Shown here: positions 20,561 to 33,494 of the stretch, piece by piece
Layout of the letters: every line of letters starts with the position of its first letter
How positions within the stretch are numbered: the first letter of the stretch is position 1
From: the human T2T-CHM13v2.0 reference genome, Homo sapiens
Length of the DNA: 64,000 nt
NCBI RefSeq assembly: GCF_009914755.1
Contig: NC_060927.1
Direction: 5' to 3' (one strand)
Notes under the pieces: model-generated
Seen by the model: only the letters and a program-made list of their open reading frames with translations
The model's database searches: none
Told to the model about the DNA's origin: nothing
Position numbers and translations under genes: made by a program

Positions 20561-22313
20561 ATTGTGTGTCTGCTTGTGCATATACAGGAATTTCTGGAGA
20601 GTCTATTAATGGTACTTGGGTTTTTATTGTATTCCTGTTTCACTGTTTTTATCATTTGTGAGCTGTCAATTTTTAAAAACTTAAAATTGTTCAATAAATT
20701 ATGATGAGCTTGTTAAACATCTGTAACAGCGCCCTTTGCTTGCTGTGTGACCTGGTGCCAAAAGTGTAGAAGAAGCACAGTAAATGCTGTGATTTCCTGG
20801 GAGGACATGAATATGTGGTGGCAAAGAGTGGCCAGTGAGAACAGAAAGATGAGTACATTTTTTCTAAGCACAGAGGGCAATCCAGCTGAAGAAGGTAGGG
20901 GAAGTTCTATCCAATTTCAGAGATGTTAACATGTGAGGAAAAGACCATCCATGGTACACTTGGATGACTGTGCAGACCAGTCTCACGAGGATCCTGCAGA
21001 GGGGTGCCGGGGATGGCCTTGACAGGTAGGTTGGGGCCATATTGTGGTGGGACTTAAATGAACAATCAGGACATTTAGATTTTGTTCTGATGATAATGTG
21101 GAGCTTTGGAACATTTTGAGCAGGAGAGTGTCAGGAGGTAGGAAAATTAACCAGGCATGTTAGATTGAATGGCAGTTAGACTGGGGAGGAAAGGCAGGGA
21201 AGAAGTCAGTACACTGTAATCCAGAAGCAGGGTGATGAGGTTAAGCTCCACAATAGGAAATGGAAAGTTTGGTTGATTCTAGAAATTTCTAAAGAAAGAA
21301 TGAACAGATAATTACGTATGAAGGGCGAGGAAGGGAAAGAGTCAACAGTGACCGTGGTTTCAGACCAGGACAGTTATACCTACGAGAGAATTACATCTCA
21401 GGCAGAGAAAGGGAATTGTTGAAAGAAAGCTAAATTTTGCAAGAAAGGAAATGAACTCCCTTTCACCTGTCAAGTTTGAAGCAACAATGAGCCATTCAAG
21501 CCGATGTCACCAATATCTAATAGAAAAAACTCAGCAAATTTCAAAAAAGAGACAAAAGCATACACACAGTGCTATACTCATCCGCACCTGCAGCTCAAGA
21601 AGATTCAATGTGGAGCAATTTTAGACAAATGGATTAAAATCAATCCCCAAAACTCTACTTTCTCAGGAAAGTCACCAGGTTTCTAAAGAAGGCATCATGA
21701 GATTTAGGCATGGGTTTTTCTATTTCATTTTTCATCTATTCTGAAATATTCTACATCACTTCTTTTTTTACATCCGAAATTGATTTACGTCACACAATTG
21801 ATGATTGATGTCTACAATTAATGAAATATAATGTTGGGAGGATTTAAGGAATTCTCCAACAAAGGCTGATTGCCTTGGTCACATGTACGCTTTCAGTATG
21901 GGGTGTGTGTGTGTGTGTGTGTGTGTTGGGGGAGTGGGGTGGCAGGACTAATGATTTCCGGCCATAGCACCTTCACCTAAGACCAAGAGAGGCAAATGAA
22001 CTGGAGGGTTCCATGTGACCAAAGAAGACCAGAAAATGCTCAGGGACCTATGGACATAAACACAATTATTTCCAAGAAAAAAGATGAGCCATAACTCTTG
22101 TCTGACAAGTGTGATGGAGAGCAGACTTGCTTAGAAGGACATTCCCAGGAGGAGGCAGCTTATACATTTCGGGCTAGCTTTGATCTCTAGCCTCTAGGAA
22201 CAATTTTCTTGCTTTGTCATTATGGTTCCAAACATTGGTCCTTTTGGGGAAACTACTCCAGCTCAACAAGCAAATGTCATCAGGTTTGTTTTTGTTTTTA
22301 TTTCTTTCCCTAG

Positions 22314-22850
22314 TACAGGAAAGAAGTCCAGAATATGCCACTATAGCATAAGGATTATTTTGAGCTAAAGGCATTTGAGAATCAGTGGATGCAGGAAGAG
22401 TTGTTTTATTTTATTTTAATTTTTTCCCTGAACTTACTTGCCTCTCAAAAGAATTCAACTGTCTTAAATTCCTTCCCAGCAATTTCAAAACCAGGGAAGA
22501 TTGACCCTATCTTTAGAAACAGGAAGTTGGTACTGGGATAATAAATCACCTAATAGACTTTGTCACAAAACTATCATATCTCCCATCTATTCTCCCAAAG
22601 GCCTGTTTATCTTTTCTGAAAGTTTTTTCCCAGAAGTGCCCTTTCTCCTTCTCCCTTTCCTTTATTTAGACAGTATATAAGCCCCAAATTCTAATTGCTC
22701 CTTGAGTCATAATTTTCTGTGAACTCTGACTGCTTCAGTGAATAAAAATCTATCTTTTCTCCTGCTAAGCTGTGTTTTGTTGGTTTAATTTGCAATCCCC
22801 CGAATACTGAACCTAAGAGGGTAGAGTGAAAGTTTTACCTCCCTGGCAAC
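22314..22850 (+). mobile_element. ERV1 solo LTR, MER34/MER39-like
   Basis: ccagaatatgccac..gcataaggattattttgagct start, TATATAA 22674-22680, AATAAA 22741-22746, gaacctaagagggtagag end; subfamily from memory. Confidence 0.7.
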
Positions 22851-23032
22851 AGGAAAACTTATTTTGTTAAAGATGAATGGCATAGAAGGGGGAAATGATG
22901 GTTGGAGTGAGGACCAAAGAAATAACAAAAATGTCCACTTGTACTGAGACAAGTTTTTCCTAAATATTTATTAGTTAGTCCTCAAATATTTTGCTTAAGA
23001 GAAGTCCTCAAAATGAAAGAAACTACGTCTTC

Positions 23033-23123
23033 AATGTACTGAGCAGAAGGAAAGGAGACTGTGCAGCTGAGGAAGCCAGGCCTGAAAAATAAGTGTGGGT
23101 TGTGTCACCACACACCAAGGACT
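23033..23123 (+). repeat. Approximately 90-bp direct repeat, copy 1 (copy 2 at 24485-24574)
   Basis: aatgtactgagcagaaggaa(a/t)ggagactgtgcagctgagg...gcctgaaaaataagtgtgggttgtgtc(a/g)ccacacacc in both copies. Confidence 0.95.
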
Positions 23124-23927
23124 GGTGAGAGGAACAATGCACAGTGGTGGAGTGGGAACTGAGCAGGCCATGAGAAGGACAGATATTTGTTTTGCTGCAT
23201 TCAAGGCCACCTATAGTTCCTGCCCTTTGGGTGCTCATGATGGCAGACAAGCCCTCATGAAGGTGAACCAAAGGAAGGTAATCACAGGGGACCCGTTGGC
23301 CCCACCACGCCTGAACAGCTGCTGCAGCCTGAACTTTCTGCCTCACTCCTGCTTTCCTTTCTCCCCATGCATGCTTGCTTGTTGCACTGAACTCTGGCGC
23401 ATCACTCATTCCTGTTCTTTTTGTCAGGAGAAAAAGTTCTCCTGACATGCAGTGTGTCAAAACTGTACTCATCTCCTCCACCTGCCTTCCCACTTCCCGC
23501 CCCTATGCTCCCTCCTGGCTTCTATTTTAAATTTCATTGCAGCAGACACCTCTCTCCAGATTTCATGCCTCAGCAAGGGCACATACCATTCCTCCAGCGA
23601 AACCATTCTTTTCCTTTTCACCATTTCATCCTTTTGACTTTCAAACTTCTCACCAACTGGGTGCGTTTTATCCTCCTCTGGTGCCAGCCTTCCTTCTTTG
23701 TTAGATACCTAGCATTTACAGCCATCTCTAGGCAGATGTGTGGTCGTTCAGTAAGAAGAGAACACATGTTTTGTGTGCTCACTCCAATGGGTGTCTGGCT
23801 TATAAAGTAGGTGTGGTCCAATTCCTGTCTGCTGCCACCATTGTGCCCTGCTCTGGCCAACAGCTCAGAGAGGTTTGCTCTCTCCACTGGCCCTGAAGGC
23901 CTCCCATGTTCCCCCAGTTCAAACTTC

Positions 23928-24070
23928 ACCTCTCTCATGAGGCTTTCCCTCACTGCATCCTCTACCTCTCTCATGAGGCTTTCCCTCACTGCATCCTCTA
24001 CTCTCTCATGAGGCTTTCCCTCACTGCATCCTCTACCTCTCTCATGAGGCTTTCCCTCACTGCATCCTGT
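23928..24070 (+). repeat. Minisatellite, 4 x 36 bp (third unit 35 bp)
   Basis: Unit acctctctcatgaggctttccctcactgcatcctct starting at 23928, 23964, 24000 and 24035. Confidence 0.97.
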
Positions 24071-24484
24071 ACCCTCACAGCCCTTAACACACCACTCAAC
24101 AAATACGCATTTGCATCTAACCAAATGTGACCCTGTGTCCATATTTATGTTTCTATATATTAATGCATTCTTGTTTCCCCTGCCAGGCTCCATTAGTCTG
24201 GTTAGCTTTTGCCCAGGTATCAGGAAATGAGGGGATGGGGAGAGGCTCAGAATCCAAACTTGACAGAGTAGCTGTCCACCACTAGGTGATGGTGGGGTCA
24301 GGCATCTCCTTAGGCTGGCTGTGCTTCTGTTTTCTTTTCAATGGAGATACCGGCTTTCTTGGAAACACATGTGATGGTGGGCTAGCCGTAGAAGCACTAC
24401 TATAATAACGATGTGATCTTTGTCATTTCACTTCTTCAGACCTCATTAGTCCTACATATAAAAAGAGGAAGTTAAACTAGCTCA

Positions 24485-24574
24485 AATGTACTGAGCAGAA
24501 GGAATGGAGACTGTGCAGCTGAGGGAGCGGGGCCTGAAAAATAAGTGTGGGTTGTGTCGCCACACACCGGGACT
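24485..24574 (+). repeat. Approximately 90-bp direct repeat, copy 2
   Basis: See copy 1; a handful of mismatches. Confidence 0.95.
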
Positions 24575-25254
24575 CCTGGGATCCCGACCTCTTTTAGCGG
24601 TCAAAAGAGGGCAAACTAGTTGCCTAACAATATTTAGAGCTATTTCTCTCTTTTCACTCTCATTCTACGAGTGTACACCGGAGTTTCTAGCAACTACATG
24701 GTATGTGAAGTCATCCCTCTAATGATAACCTGTAATGAGGTTATTACTGTGATTTTTAATGAATACATTTTAAAATGTTTTAATTTCTTCAAAAGCAAAC
24801 ATTAATCTCTACATATGTGTGTATACATATACAGGAAATGTATGTATATATGAATATACATATATTCATTGTATATGTGTATATATATTCATACATAATA
24901 TGTGTGTGTGTATATATATATATATTTACACATTTCCTACATAAATAAAAGTTCTTTAAGGTCCTAATAATTTTTAAGTGAAAAGGAGTCCTGGGACCAA
25001 AAAGTTTTGAGAATCACTGAACCAGATTTCTAGATCTTTAAGATCATTAATTCACTCAACAAATAATTGTGCCTCCTGTGGCCAGGCATTTTGCAGATAC
25101 GGAGGATAATGTGGTGATAGCAACATGTTTCCTGCTCTGATAGAGTTTTACATTTGGGAGGGAAGAGACAAACGAATAAATTAACAAGATAATTTCTGAG
25201 AGCAGTAGGTTTAATGAAGCCGTAAAGCAGGACACATATCCCTGCACAATCTGT

Positions 25255-26000
25255 GCGCCTGCTCAGACGTAACACCCCGCAGCGCAGCAGGCAGATTCAG
25301 CGGCGTCGCCCCATAAGGGCCCGAGCCCTCTCAGTTGGCCTAGGACGGCGAGGGCGGGGCCTGCCCGCCCCCCTGGCGCTGGCGTCAGGTGACGTCACTG
25401 TGCCGCGCCAGCCAATCGTGGGCAGCCGGGGTCTAGGCACCACGGTGGCTGGCGGCCTGCGGGCGGCGCTGTGGCCCGTCGGGCGGCTCCACAGAGCCGC
25501 CCTAGCCTTCCGCCTTCCCCAAGCCAACGTCTCCGCCGTCGGCTCCGCGGCGCCGCCATGGCCGACGTGGAAGACGGAGAGGAAACCTGCGCCCTGGCCT
25601 CTCACTCCGGGAGCTCAGGCTCCAAGTCGGGAGGCGACAAGATGTTCTCCCTCAAGAAGTGGAACGCGGTGGCCATGTGGAGCTGGGACGTGGAGTGCGA
25701 TACGTGCGCCATCTGCAGGGTCCAGGTGATGGGTAAGCGCTGCACGCGAGTCCAGGGCCGCCCTGCGGCCTCCGGGAGCCGACCTCGGGGTTGGGAAGGG
25801 ACGGGCGTCCGTCAGAAGCCTCGGAAAGTGCCCTGCCTGGGAGAGTGGGTGGAGGTCGCCCTGCCCCGGCGCCGGAGGAACGCGGAGCCACGCTCCTGCT
25901 GTGCGGCTCCTGAGGGCTGCGGCCGCCGCCTGGGGCTGCGGGGTTGTGCAACAGGCGCCCTGCGCCGGGTGGTTGGTGTTCTAGGGAGAGAGACGGGCAA
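25255..26000. promoter_or_regulatory. RNF7: CpG island / TATA-less RNF7 promoter
   Basis: High GC and CpG density; GC box GGGCGGGGC 25352-25360, palindromic CRE GTGACGTCAC 25389-25398, NF-Y-type AGCCAATCG (CCAAT 25412-25416), optimal Kozak GCCGCCATGG. Confidence 0.9.
25558..25732 (+). CDS. RNF7: RNF7 (SAG/RBX2/ROC2) coding exon 1
   Basis: MADVEDGEETCALASHSGSSGSKSGGDKMFSLKKWNAVAMWSWDVECDTCAICRVQVM; donor G|gtaagc; 175 nt. Confidence 0.98.
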
Positions 26001-27020
26001 TAAACGGAGTTAAACAAGGTAATTTCAGGTAGTGATGGGTGTGACCAAGAAAGTAAAACCGGGTGATTGTTGGGAACTAGCAGGAAACACTTCGGTTTGT
26101 GTGTCCAGCCCCAGCCCCACCTCTAAAAGCTCAACACAAGGTGGTCAGGGTAAAGGCCGTGATTCAGCAGTGAACTTTAATAGTCTTGGTCACCACCAAA
26201 GTGATGCTCCAGAGTCATCTTCCACAAAACGACACCCTTAGTTCTCCTCGAGGGACGCAGGAAAGTGTTCATAGCCATTGCATTTCCGGATTAGCTTACC
26301 GCCGCTCTTCGAATGGCTTTTAAATCTGGATTGATTTAAGACGGGTCAGATAGCACTAGCGTGGCTTGAAGGGGACAGTGTGGTTCAAGAATATCTAAGT
26401 TTCATGGAAGCTGAAGAATTGTAAGCCCTTTTTCAGAAACGTAAAACTTCACCTCCATCACACCCCCCTCTCCATATTGGATGCCATTTCCTGGAGAAGA
26501 TACTGTGCTGCTCTGAGTCATGCCTTTGTGGAGAACCCTCTTACAAATATGTCTTCTTTCTGTGATATTTTGAGTTAAAATATTAGACCAAGTGAAACTT
26601 TTCAGAACAGCTTAATCTTGTTATATTTTATATGGTTCTAAGAACTCAGACCACTTTGAAAAGCAGGTGCTATTTAAATGCAAGTTGTATTTTCAGATAG
26701 GGCATTTAAAATTACTATGAGACCCTCTTCAGTGGAATTCTTTATTGAGGGTAGTTAAAGAAAACGGACATTTCTATCGTTTGAAAACTGTGACTTGTCT
26801 TGAAAAATGAGAGAATTGGAGAACATACAGAGAATTGCTCACCTTAAGGGGGTTGAGACTGTAAACATACCAGAATCAAGAGATTTCGCAGTTTATGCTC
26901 TTTTGTCTTTTATTCCTAAGGGCTTGTTTCAAAGAGGATTTACAACAATTGGATTCAGATATTTTTATCTTTCTCTTTTGAAAGACCTTGATATTAGACA
27001 TGACCCACTTATTTTACATG

Positions 27021-27270
27021 GATCACTTGAGCCCAGGAGTTTGAGACCAGCCTAGGCAACATCGCAGGACCCTGTCTGTACAATTAAAAATTAAAATAAA
27101 AAGCTGACCAGGCATGGTGGCCTCCAGCTACTCTGGAGGCTGAGGTGGGAGGATCCCTTGAGCCCAGGAGGTCGAGGCTACAGTGAGCCTTGTTCCTGCC
27201 ACTGCCACTGCCACTATACTCCAGCTTGGGTGACAGAATGAGACCCTGTCTCAGCAACAAACAAACAAAA
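27021..27270 (+). mobile_element. AluJ, 5'-truncated
   Basis: Alu consensus with (caaa)n tail. Confidence 0.88.
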
Positions 27271-29209
27271 CATATGAGGCTTTAAAAGTATCTAGTTTAT
27301 TTGCCAGCAATACAGCTGCCCCTACCCCCACTTAGGAATCATGATTTCTAGTTTGGGAAGCATTTTTAACTGATCCAGGAGACTCTTTTTTTTTTTTTTT
27401 AAGACAAGTTTCGCTAAACATTTTATCTCCTAAATAAATTTCCTTTAGTTTAAAGGAAACTAAGCTTTCACTTAGTTCCTTTCCAGTTTAAAAATAATGT
27501 TCCCAAAGGGTATTTTCAAAAGATTTGTCTCCCAAAAAGCTATTTCCTCCCCAAAGGAAAAACATTTAAAGAGTAAGTGGAAATGTATAACCTGAAATAA
27601 TGATTGAAACTTTGCAACAAATAAACTTTACTGAGAGATTTTAATGTAGGTCAAAGTATAGACTATAAATGACACATTTCATCATAAACTTTCTAATTAT
27701 AGCAAGTATTCTGCTACTACAGGATCAGTCTTGCATATTTACAACAGCTGTACTTTGGGTTCAGGAAATTATTCTAGGCTAGACCTTTGTATTTTGTTTA
27801 TGAGGTGTTAAAACCCACTTAGAGGTCAGGTGACAGCAGAAGGAAATTTTTTTTCCAGACTTCCTAGTCCTTACCCTAGCATCATTCTAAAAGGTGTTAT
27901 TGTACTCCTTAGAAATGTGCTGTTTTAGATTCTAGGAAGATCATTAAAGCAATTTTTTATCTTTTATCTGAAACTTTAGGAATTTGTGTAGATTTGGGTC
28001 AGTTTTGATAATCTACATCAGAGCTATAAGTGTAATTTAGAGATTCCTAAATTCAGCAACAAGAACCCACTTAGTTCCCTTTCCTTAGTATTTGGAATTT
28101 GTCTCACACACTTGTGATTTATTATACTTTCTGCTCCCAAGACTTGCCTGTCAGCCCATTCTGATATGGATAACACTCTCTTCGTTTCCACTCTCCTCCC
28201 TTCATTCAGAAAGGAGTGATGATTACACAGTGAGCAAGTGCTGATGAAAAGGGGAATAGGTTTGCTAGTACAGCCAGTTATAATAGCCAGAGTAACCCTT
28301 CATGACTGTATCACCTTGGATATTTCACATAACTTTTTGGAGCCTTATTTTCCTAATTTGTAAAGAGGCAGTTGGGATCACCAACCTTAATATTAAAATT
28401 CTGTGATTGCACAGAACTAGCGCCAGATTCAGGTAGGATGTCTTCACTGTTATATCACAACCCTCATGATATTTAGGTGTTTGTCTACGTCCCCATTTGC
28501 TCCTGAGCCCCTTGAGACCCAGCCTTGGTCATTTTGGTGTCCCCAGTGCATAACTCCTTGCACAGAGGAGATAGTAATTGTGGGATTGAAGAAAACCTCA
28601 GGAGGCAGTGGTTGTTTTTAATCCACACTGAAGAGACTAGGGCAGTGGTGTTTTTTTAAGGGTAAGAGCATGTGGAAAGGAGCAAACAAATGCCTGAGCA
28701 GAATCCAGTGTAAGAAGAGAAGCAGGCTTCAACTTAACCGTGTTTCTATTTTTACAGAATTATTTTTCTCCTATTTATGTTAAAAACTATTTTCTGTTGG
28801 TTCAAACTTCCTTTTACCCAACTCTGACTCCTCTTCCAGCTAGTGAATGAGTCCATTTTTGCTCCCTAAAATATTCTATATTACTTTTTTCATTAAGCTG
28901 ATAGTATTCCAGATTGAATTTTGAAAACTTCTAGTACAGCCTTTAGGATCTCATTTTTAGTATTTACACCTACTCCACTATATTAGAAGTTACTATAAGC
29001 TCACTGGGCATGCTCATGGGCAGTTTATTTTCAAGGCACCCTTTTAAATAACCCATACATATAATGTTAGTATTTGTTTATATATACATCAAGAAATTCT
29101 AGAAGGATACCCAAGAAACCAGTAATAAAGTAATTTATTAAAAGACTTTACCATTGTTGGGTAAATACTTTGGGCTCAGACTTATCTGTATTTTCTTTCT
29201 TTCTTTTTT

Positions 29210-29720
<511 letters not shown>

Positions 29721-29857
29721 AGCATTTTCTTACAAAGAAAAAACCTTAGTGTTTAGGGATATCTAGTATTTACTTATTTTATCTGTAAAATTCTCACCAG
29801 TTTGTATCATCCCCACTTAATATATAAATACCTCACAGTATTGTCCCTTTTTTACAG

Positions 29858-30121
29858 ATGAGGGAATTGGAGTTCGTAATTGGTCCGAGGCCCTGAACCT
29901 AATAAATGCCAGTGAAATGGGATTTGACTGTAGATCTGGCTCCACAGCCCTCGCTGTCCCCTCTGTCTCACTGGCTTCTCACCAGCCTTGTCTGGATGAC
30001 CATCGGTAGCAACCTATTGGAAGCATACAAAGCAGTTTATTTTAGAGGAACTCTCAAGTGTCTTAGGGTAGAAAGTAAAAAGTTGCTTCTTATGAGTTGC
30101 TAAAGGAAGGCTTCTGTGTCA
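29858..30121 (+). other. RNF7: RNF7 alternative 264-nt cassette exon with premature stop (MIR-derived acceptor)
   Basis: Acceptor ccctttttttacag|, donor CA|gtaagt. Continues the exon 1 frame as DEGIGVRNWSEALNLINASEMGFDCRSGSTALAVPSVSLASHQPCLDDHR* (TAG 30007-30009), giving 108 aa. Agrees with my recollection of the SAG-v variant. Confidence 0.75.
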
Positions 30122-30722
30122 GTAAGTATGGATGACTTTAAAAAACTTGTTTATGAAGCAATTTTTTAATTTAATTTTTTATAAGTTATATATTCATATA
30201 GTTCAGAAATTGAGGAAGGTATGTATATTACCTGGAAGAGTGAAAACTCTCCTTCCCATTCCAAACCCTCCCAGTAAACTTTATTATTGGTTCCTTGGGT
30301 ATCCTAGTGTTTCTTGATGTATGTATAAACAAATGCTAACATATATATATGGTTTATTTAAAGGGTGTCTTGAAAATAAACTGTCCATGAGCATGCCCAG
30401 TAAGCGTATGGTAACTTTGAATATAGTGGAGTATGGCATATTTTTCTCTAGTAGTTTTCTCTCTTGGCACCGTCAGGACATCTTTTCATCAGAGCTTATA
30501 AAAATAGAGGATTTGTTAACCCTTGTGAAATTGCTCCTGGTTATAATTAGTAGAATGCCTTGTACTTTATTCCTCTTTAAGTAGTTATGTTCAGATGAGA
30601 AATTAATAGTATGAGTCTTTATTGCCATCCCTAACCCTTAGGGCTTTTGACTTTGAAGTGTCTGGTTTTTAAAAATTGCATTCTGAGCATCAGAATGAGA
30701 ATCGCTATTTGTTTACTTTTAG

Positions 30723-30770
30723 ATGCCTGTCTTAGATGTCAAGCTGAAAACAAACAAGAGGACTGTGTTG
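30723..30770 (+). CDS. RNF7: RNF7 coding exon 2
   Basis: ttttag|...|gtatgt; (D)ACLRCQAENKQEDCV; 48 nt. Confidence 0.97.
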
Positions 30771-31553
30771 GTATGTTGTAATTTTGTTCTCTTGCTTTTT
30801 CAACTGAAGGTTTTCTCTCAGTAGGGATGTTTGAATTTGAAATTAAGATTGACTTTATCAATACACAAAAATAAACTGTAAAGCAGTGATCCATTGTTAA
30901 TATAAAATATGTTGGTTCTCAAAAGAGTTTAATGGAATGAACCTGCAAGTCCTTTTATTGCCATAATTAAGAAGAATTGGTTATATATTCCAGACATGGT
31001 CATAATAAACATTTTGGTAATCAAAAATTAAATATTTTCTATTAAGAAAATTATAAAATCAGAAATTTGTCAAAACATTATTTGAATTTTGGCTATGTTA
31101 TAGGTCACTTTTGGTTCTAATAAGGCATTTCACTTTTCAATACTCTTATAATACAGTATTTAACTTTAAAACCAGAGTAGAAAAATTCTAAGTCTCAAGT
31201 ATATTTTTGGAATGTGGTTTGTGTATCAAATTTTCTTTAGAGTCTTAGACTACAAAAGTTGTCGTAGGCTAAATATTTTAGGCAGTTCAAAGATTTTTAT
31301 GCCCTAGTTCTTGAGGTGATCAAGTCTAGATTGCTATATAAACATGTTTATAGATTTTCTTAGAATAAAAGATTGGCTTTGTATTTTGTGTTTGCATGGT
31401 GTACGTAGAACACAAATACATGGTGTACATAGAACTTCTTAATATTGATTCTTGCAGTTTTGATCCAGTTCTTCCTCCTGAAACGCTTAGAATGTTTCAC
31501 CCTTGCTTCCTACCCCCTGTAGCCAATTTTCATAGGCATTTTTTTCTTTTTTT

Positions 31554-31615
31554 CTGCCTTATTTCTTTCATTTAATCTTTTTCTCTGCCTTATTTCTTTC
31601 ATTTAATCTTTTTCT
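31554..31615 (+). repeat. Tandem duplication, 2 x 31 bp, in RNF7 intron 2
   Basis: ctgccttatttctttcatttaatctttttct twice. Confidence 0.9.
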
Positions 31616-32372
31616 CTTGTCATATAGCTCAGTTGATCAAGCAAGGGACAGATGAATCCCAAATTCGAGCTTGCATTCTAGATTGTGGATGATTTCCCTT
31701 GTTTTAAAGTTTTTCTTTCATGCTGCTTGTTTAAAAAGTATTAATTTGGGAATTGTGAGGGGCAGGCCACTTTCTTTGATCACAGAGAGACCTCTCTCTC
31801 CAGCCAGCCACTTTGAAAATTTCATCGTCACATGAGGAATTGCACTGCTTATGGGTGACTTAACACAATTCATCACTTCTAGAAAACAGCTCAGCTCAGA
31901 TGCACAACTGAATGTTTAGAAGCATGTTATTTATAATAGCCTACTGCATACTAAAAACATTTACAACTCATTCTGTCTTGGTAAATAAAAATTGGAAGGA
32001 CATTTTCCCATAAAATAAAGCCCAGAAGATCTCTAAGGTCAGTGCATGACTGAGAAGGTCAGATCTAAGGAAGGTTCAAGAACATTCATCTAACTTCAAG
32101 AAGACAGCATGTGGAGCTGTGTAGGAACTAGGGGTCATCACATCACCCATAGATTCTAGAACAGTGATGGAAAGGCTCTCAAACAGTGACTTATGTCTCT
32201 GTGTAACTTACACATTTAAGTTTCTGTTTCTTTATAGATAGAAAAACATTATTTTGGCCAATTAACTATCTTTTTTCAAGATTATTATTTGTAATATAAA
32301 ATAAGCTATAATTTTGAGTTCAGTGTTTAAATTGAAATATGTAATGTCAACTCTTCTTTTTCTTTCTTTCAG

Positions 32373-32491
32373 TGGTCTGGGGAGAATGTAATCATTCCTT
32401 CCACAACTGCTGCATGTCCCTGTGGGTGAAACAGAACAATCGCTGCCCTCTCTGCCAGCAGGACTGGGTGGTCCAAAGAATCGGCAAATGA
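32373..32491 (+). CDS. RNF7: RNF7 coding exon 3 (RING-H2 C-terminal half, stop)
   Basis: Long pyrimidine tract cag|; (V)VWGECNHSFHNCCMSLWVKQNNRCPLCQQDWVVQRIGK*; 175+48+119=342 nt, 113 aa. Confidence 0.98.
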
Positions 32492-32892
32492 GAGTGGTTA
32501 GAAGGCTTCTTAGCGCAATTGTTCAGAGCCCTGGTGGATCTTGTAATCCAGTGCCCTACAAAGGCTAGAACACTACAGGGGATGAATTCTTCAAATAGGA
32601 GCCGATGGATCTGTGGTCCTTTGGGACTCATCAAAGCCTTGGTTTAGCATTTTGTCAGTTTTATCTTCAGAAATTCTCTGCGATTAAGAAGATAATTTAT
32701 TAAAGGTGGTCCTTCCTACCTCTGTGGTGTGTGTCGCGCACACAGCTTAGAAGTGCTATAAAAAAGGAAAGAGCTCCAAATTGAATCACCTTTATAATTT
32801 ACCCATTTCTATACAACAGGCAGTGGAAGCAGTTTCAGAGAACTTTTTGCATGCTTATGGTTGATCAGTTAAAAAAGAATGTTACAGTAACA

Positions 32893-32898
32893 AATAAA
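32893..32898 (+). terminator. RNF7: Candidate RNF7 polyadenylation signal (others at 33026-33031 and 33589-33594)
   Basis: AATAAA about 400 nt after the stop, followed by T-rich sequence. Confidence 0.65.
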
Positions 32899-33187
32899 GT
32901 GCAGTTTAAAACCCAACTCTTACTCTTAATTTGTTCCTAATACGTATTTTTGGCAGGGAGAGGGAACGGTCCATGAAATCTTTATGTGATATAAGGATTT
33001 TAAGTTTGGGCCAGTGAACAGGGTAAATAAAATTTAACTTTTGAGCATATGGAATTTTGATTGCCTTTAAAGTTACTATTCTGTATCATTGATTCATCAA
33101 GAAAACCTAGATCTGCACTCACCTCACTGTTCAATCATTGAGTGGTAAAGGACAGAAGTATTTTCTAGTTCTGGTCAGATGATATAA

Positions 33188-33494
<307 letters not shown>

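Noticed and set aside
23928-24070. 36-bp repeats with an internal palindrome resembling a CRISPR array
   Set aside because: Units are contiguous with no spacers, there are no cas genes, and the context is primate DNA; it is a minisatellite
23618-24193. 191-aa ORF with repeated EDAVRESLMREV
   Set aside because: Product of the 36-bp minisatellite; the frame shifts within the array
25471-26013. 180-aa ORF extending RNF7 upstream (GTG start) and into intron 1, plus overlapping GC-rich ORFs
   Set aside because: Stop-poor CpG island; the real ATG has an optimal Kozak and a canonical donor follows at 25733
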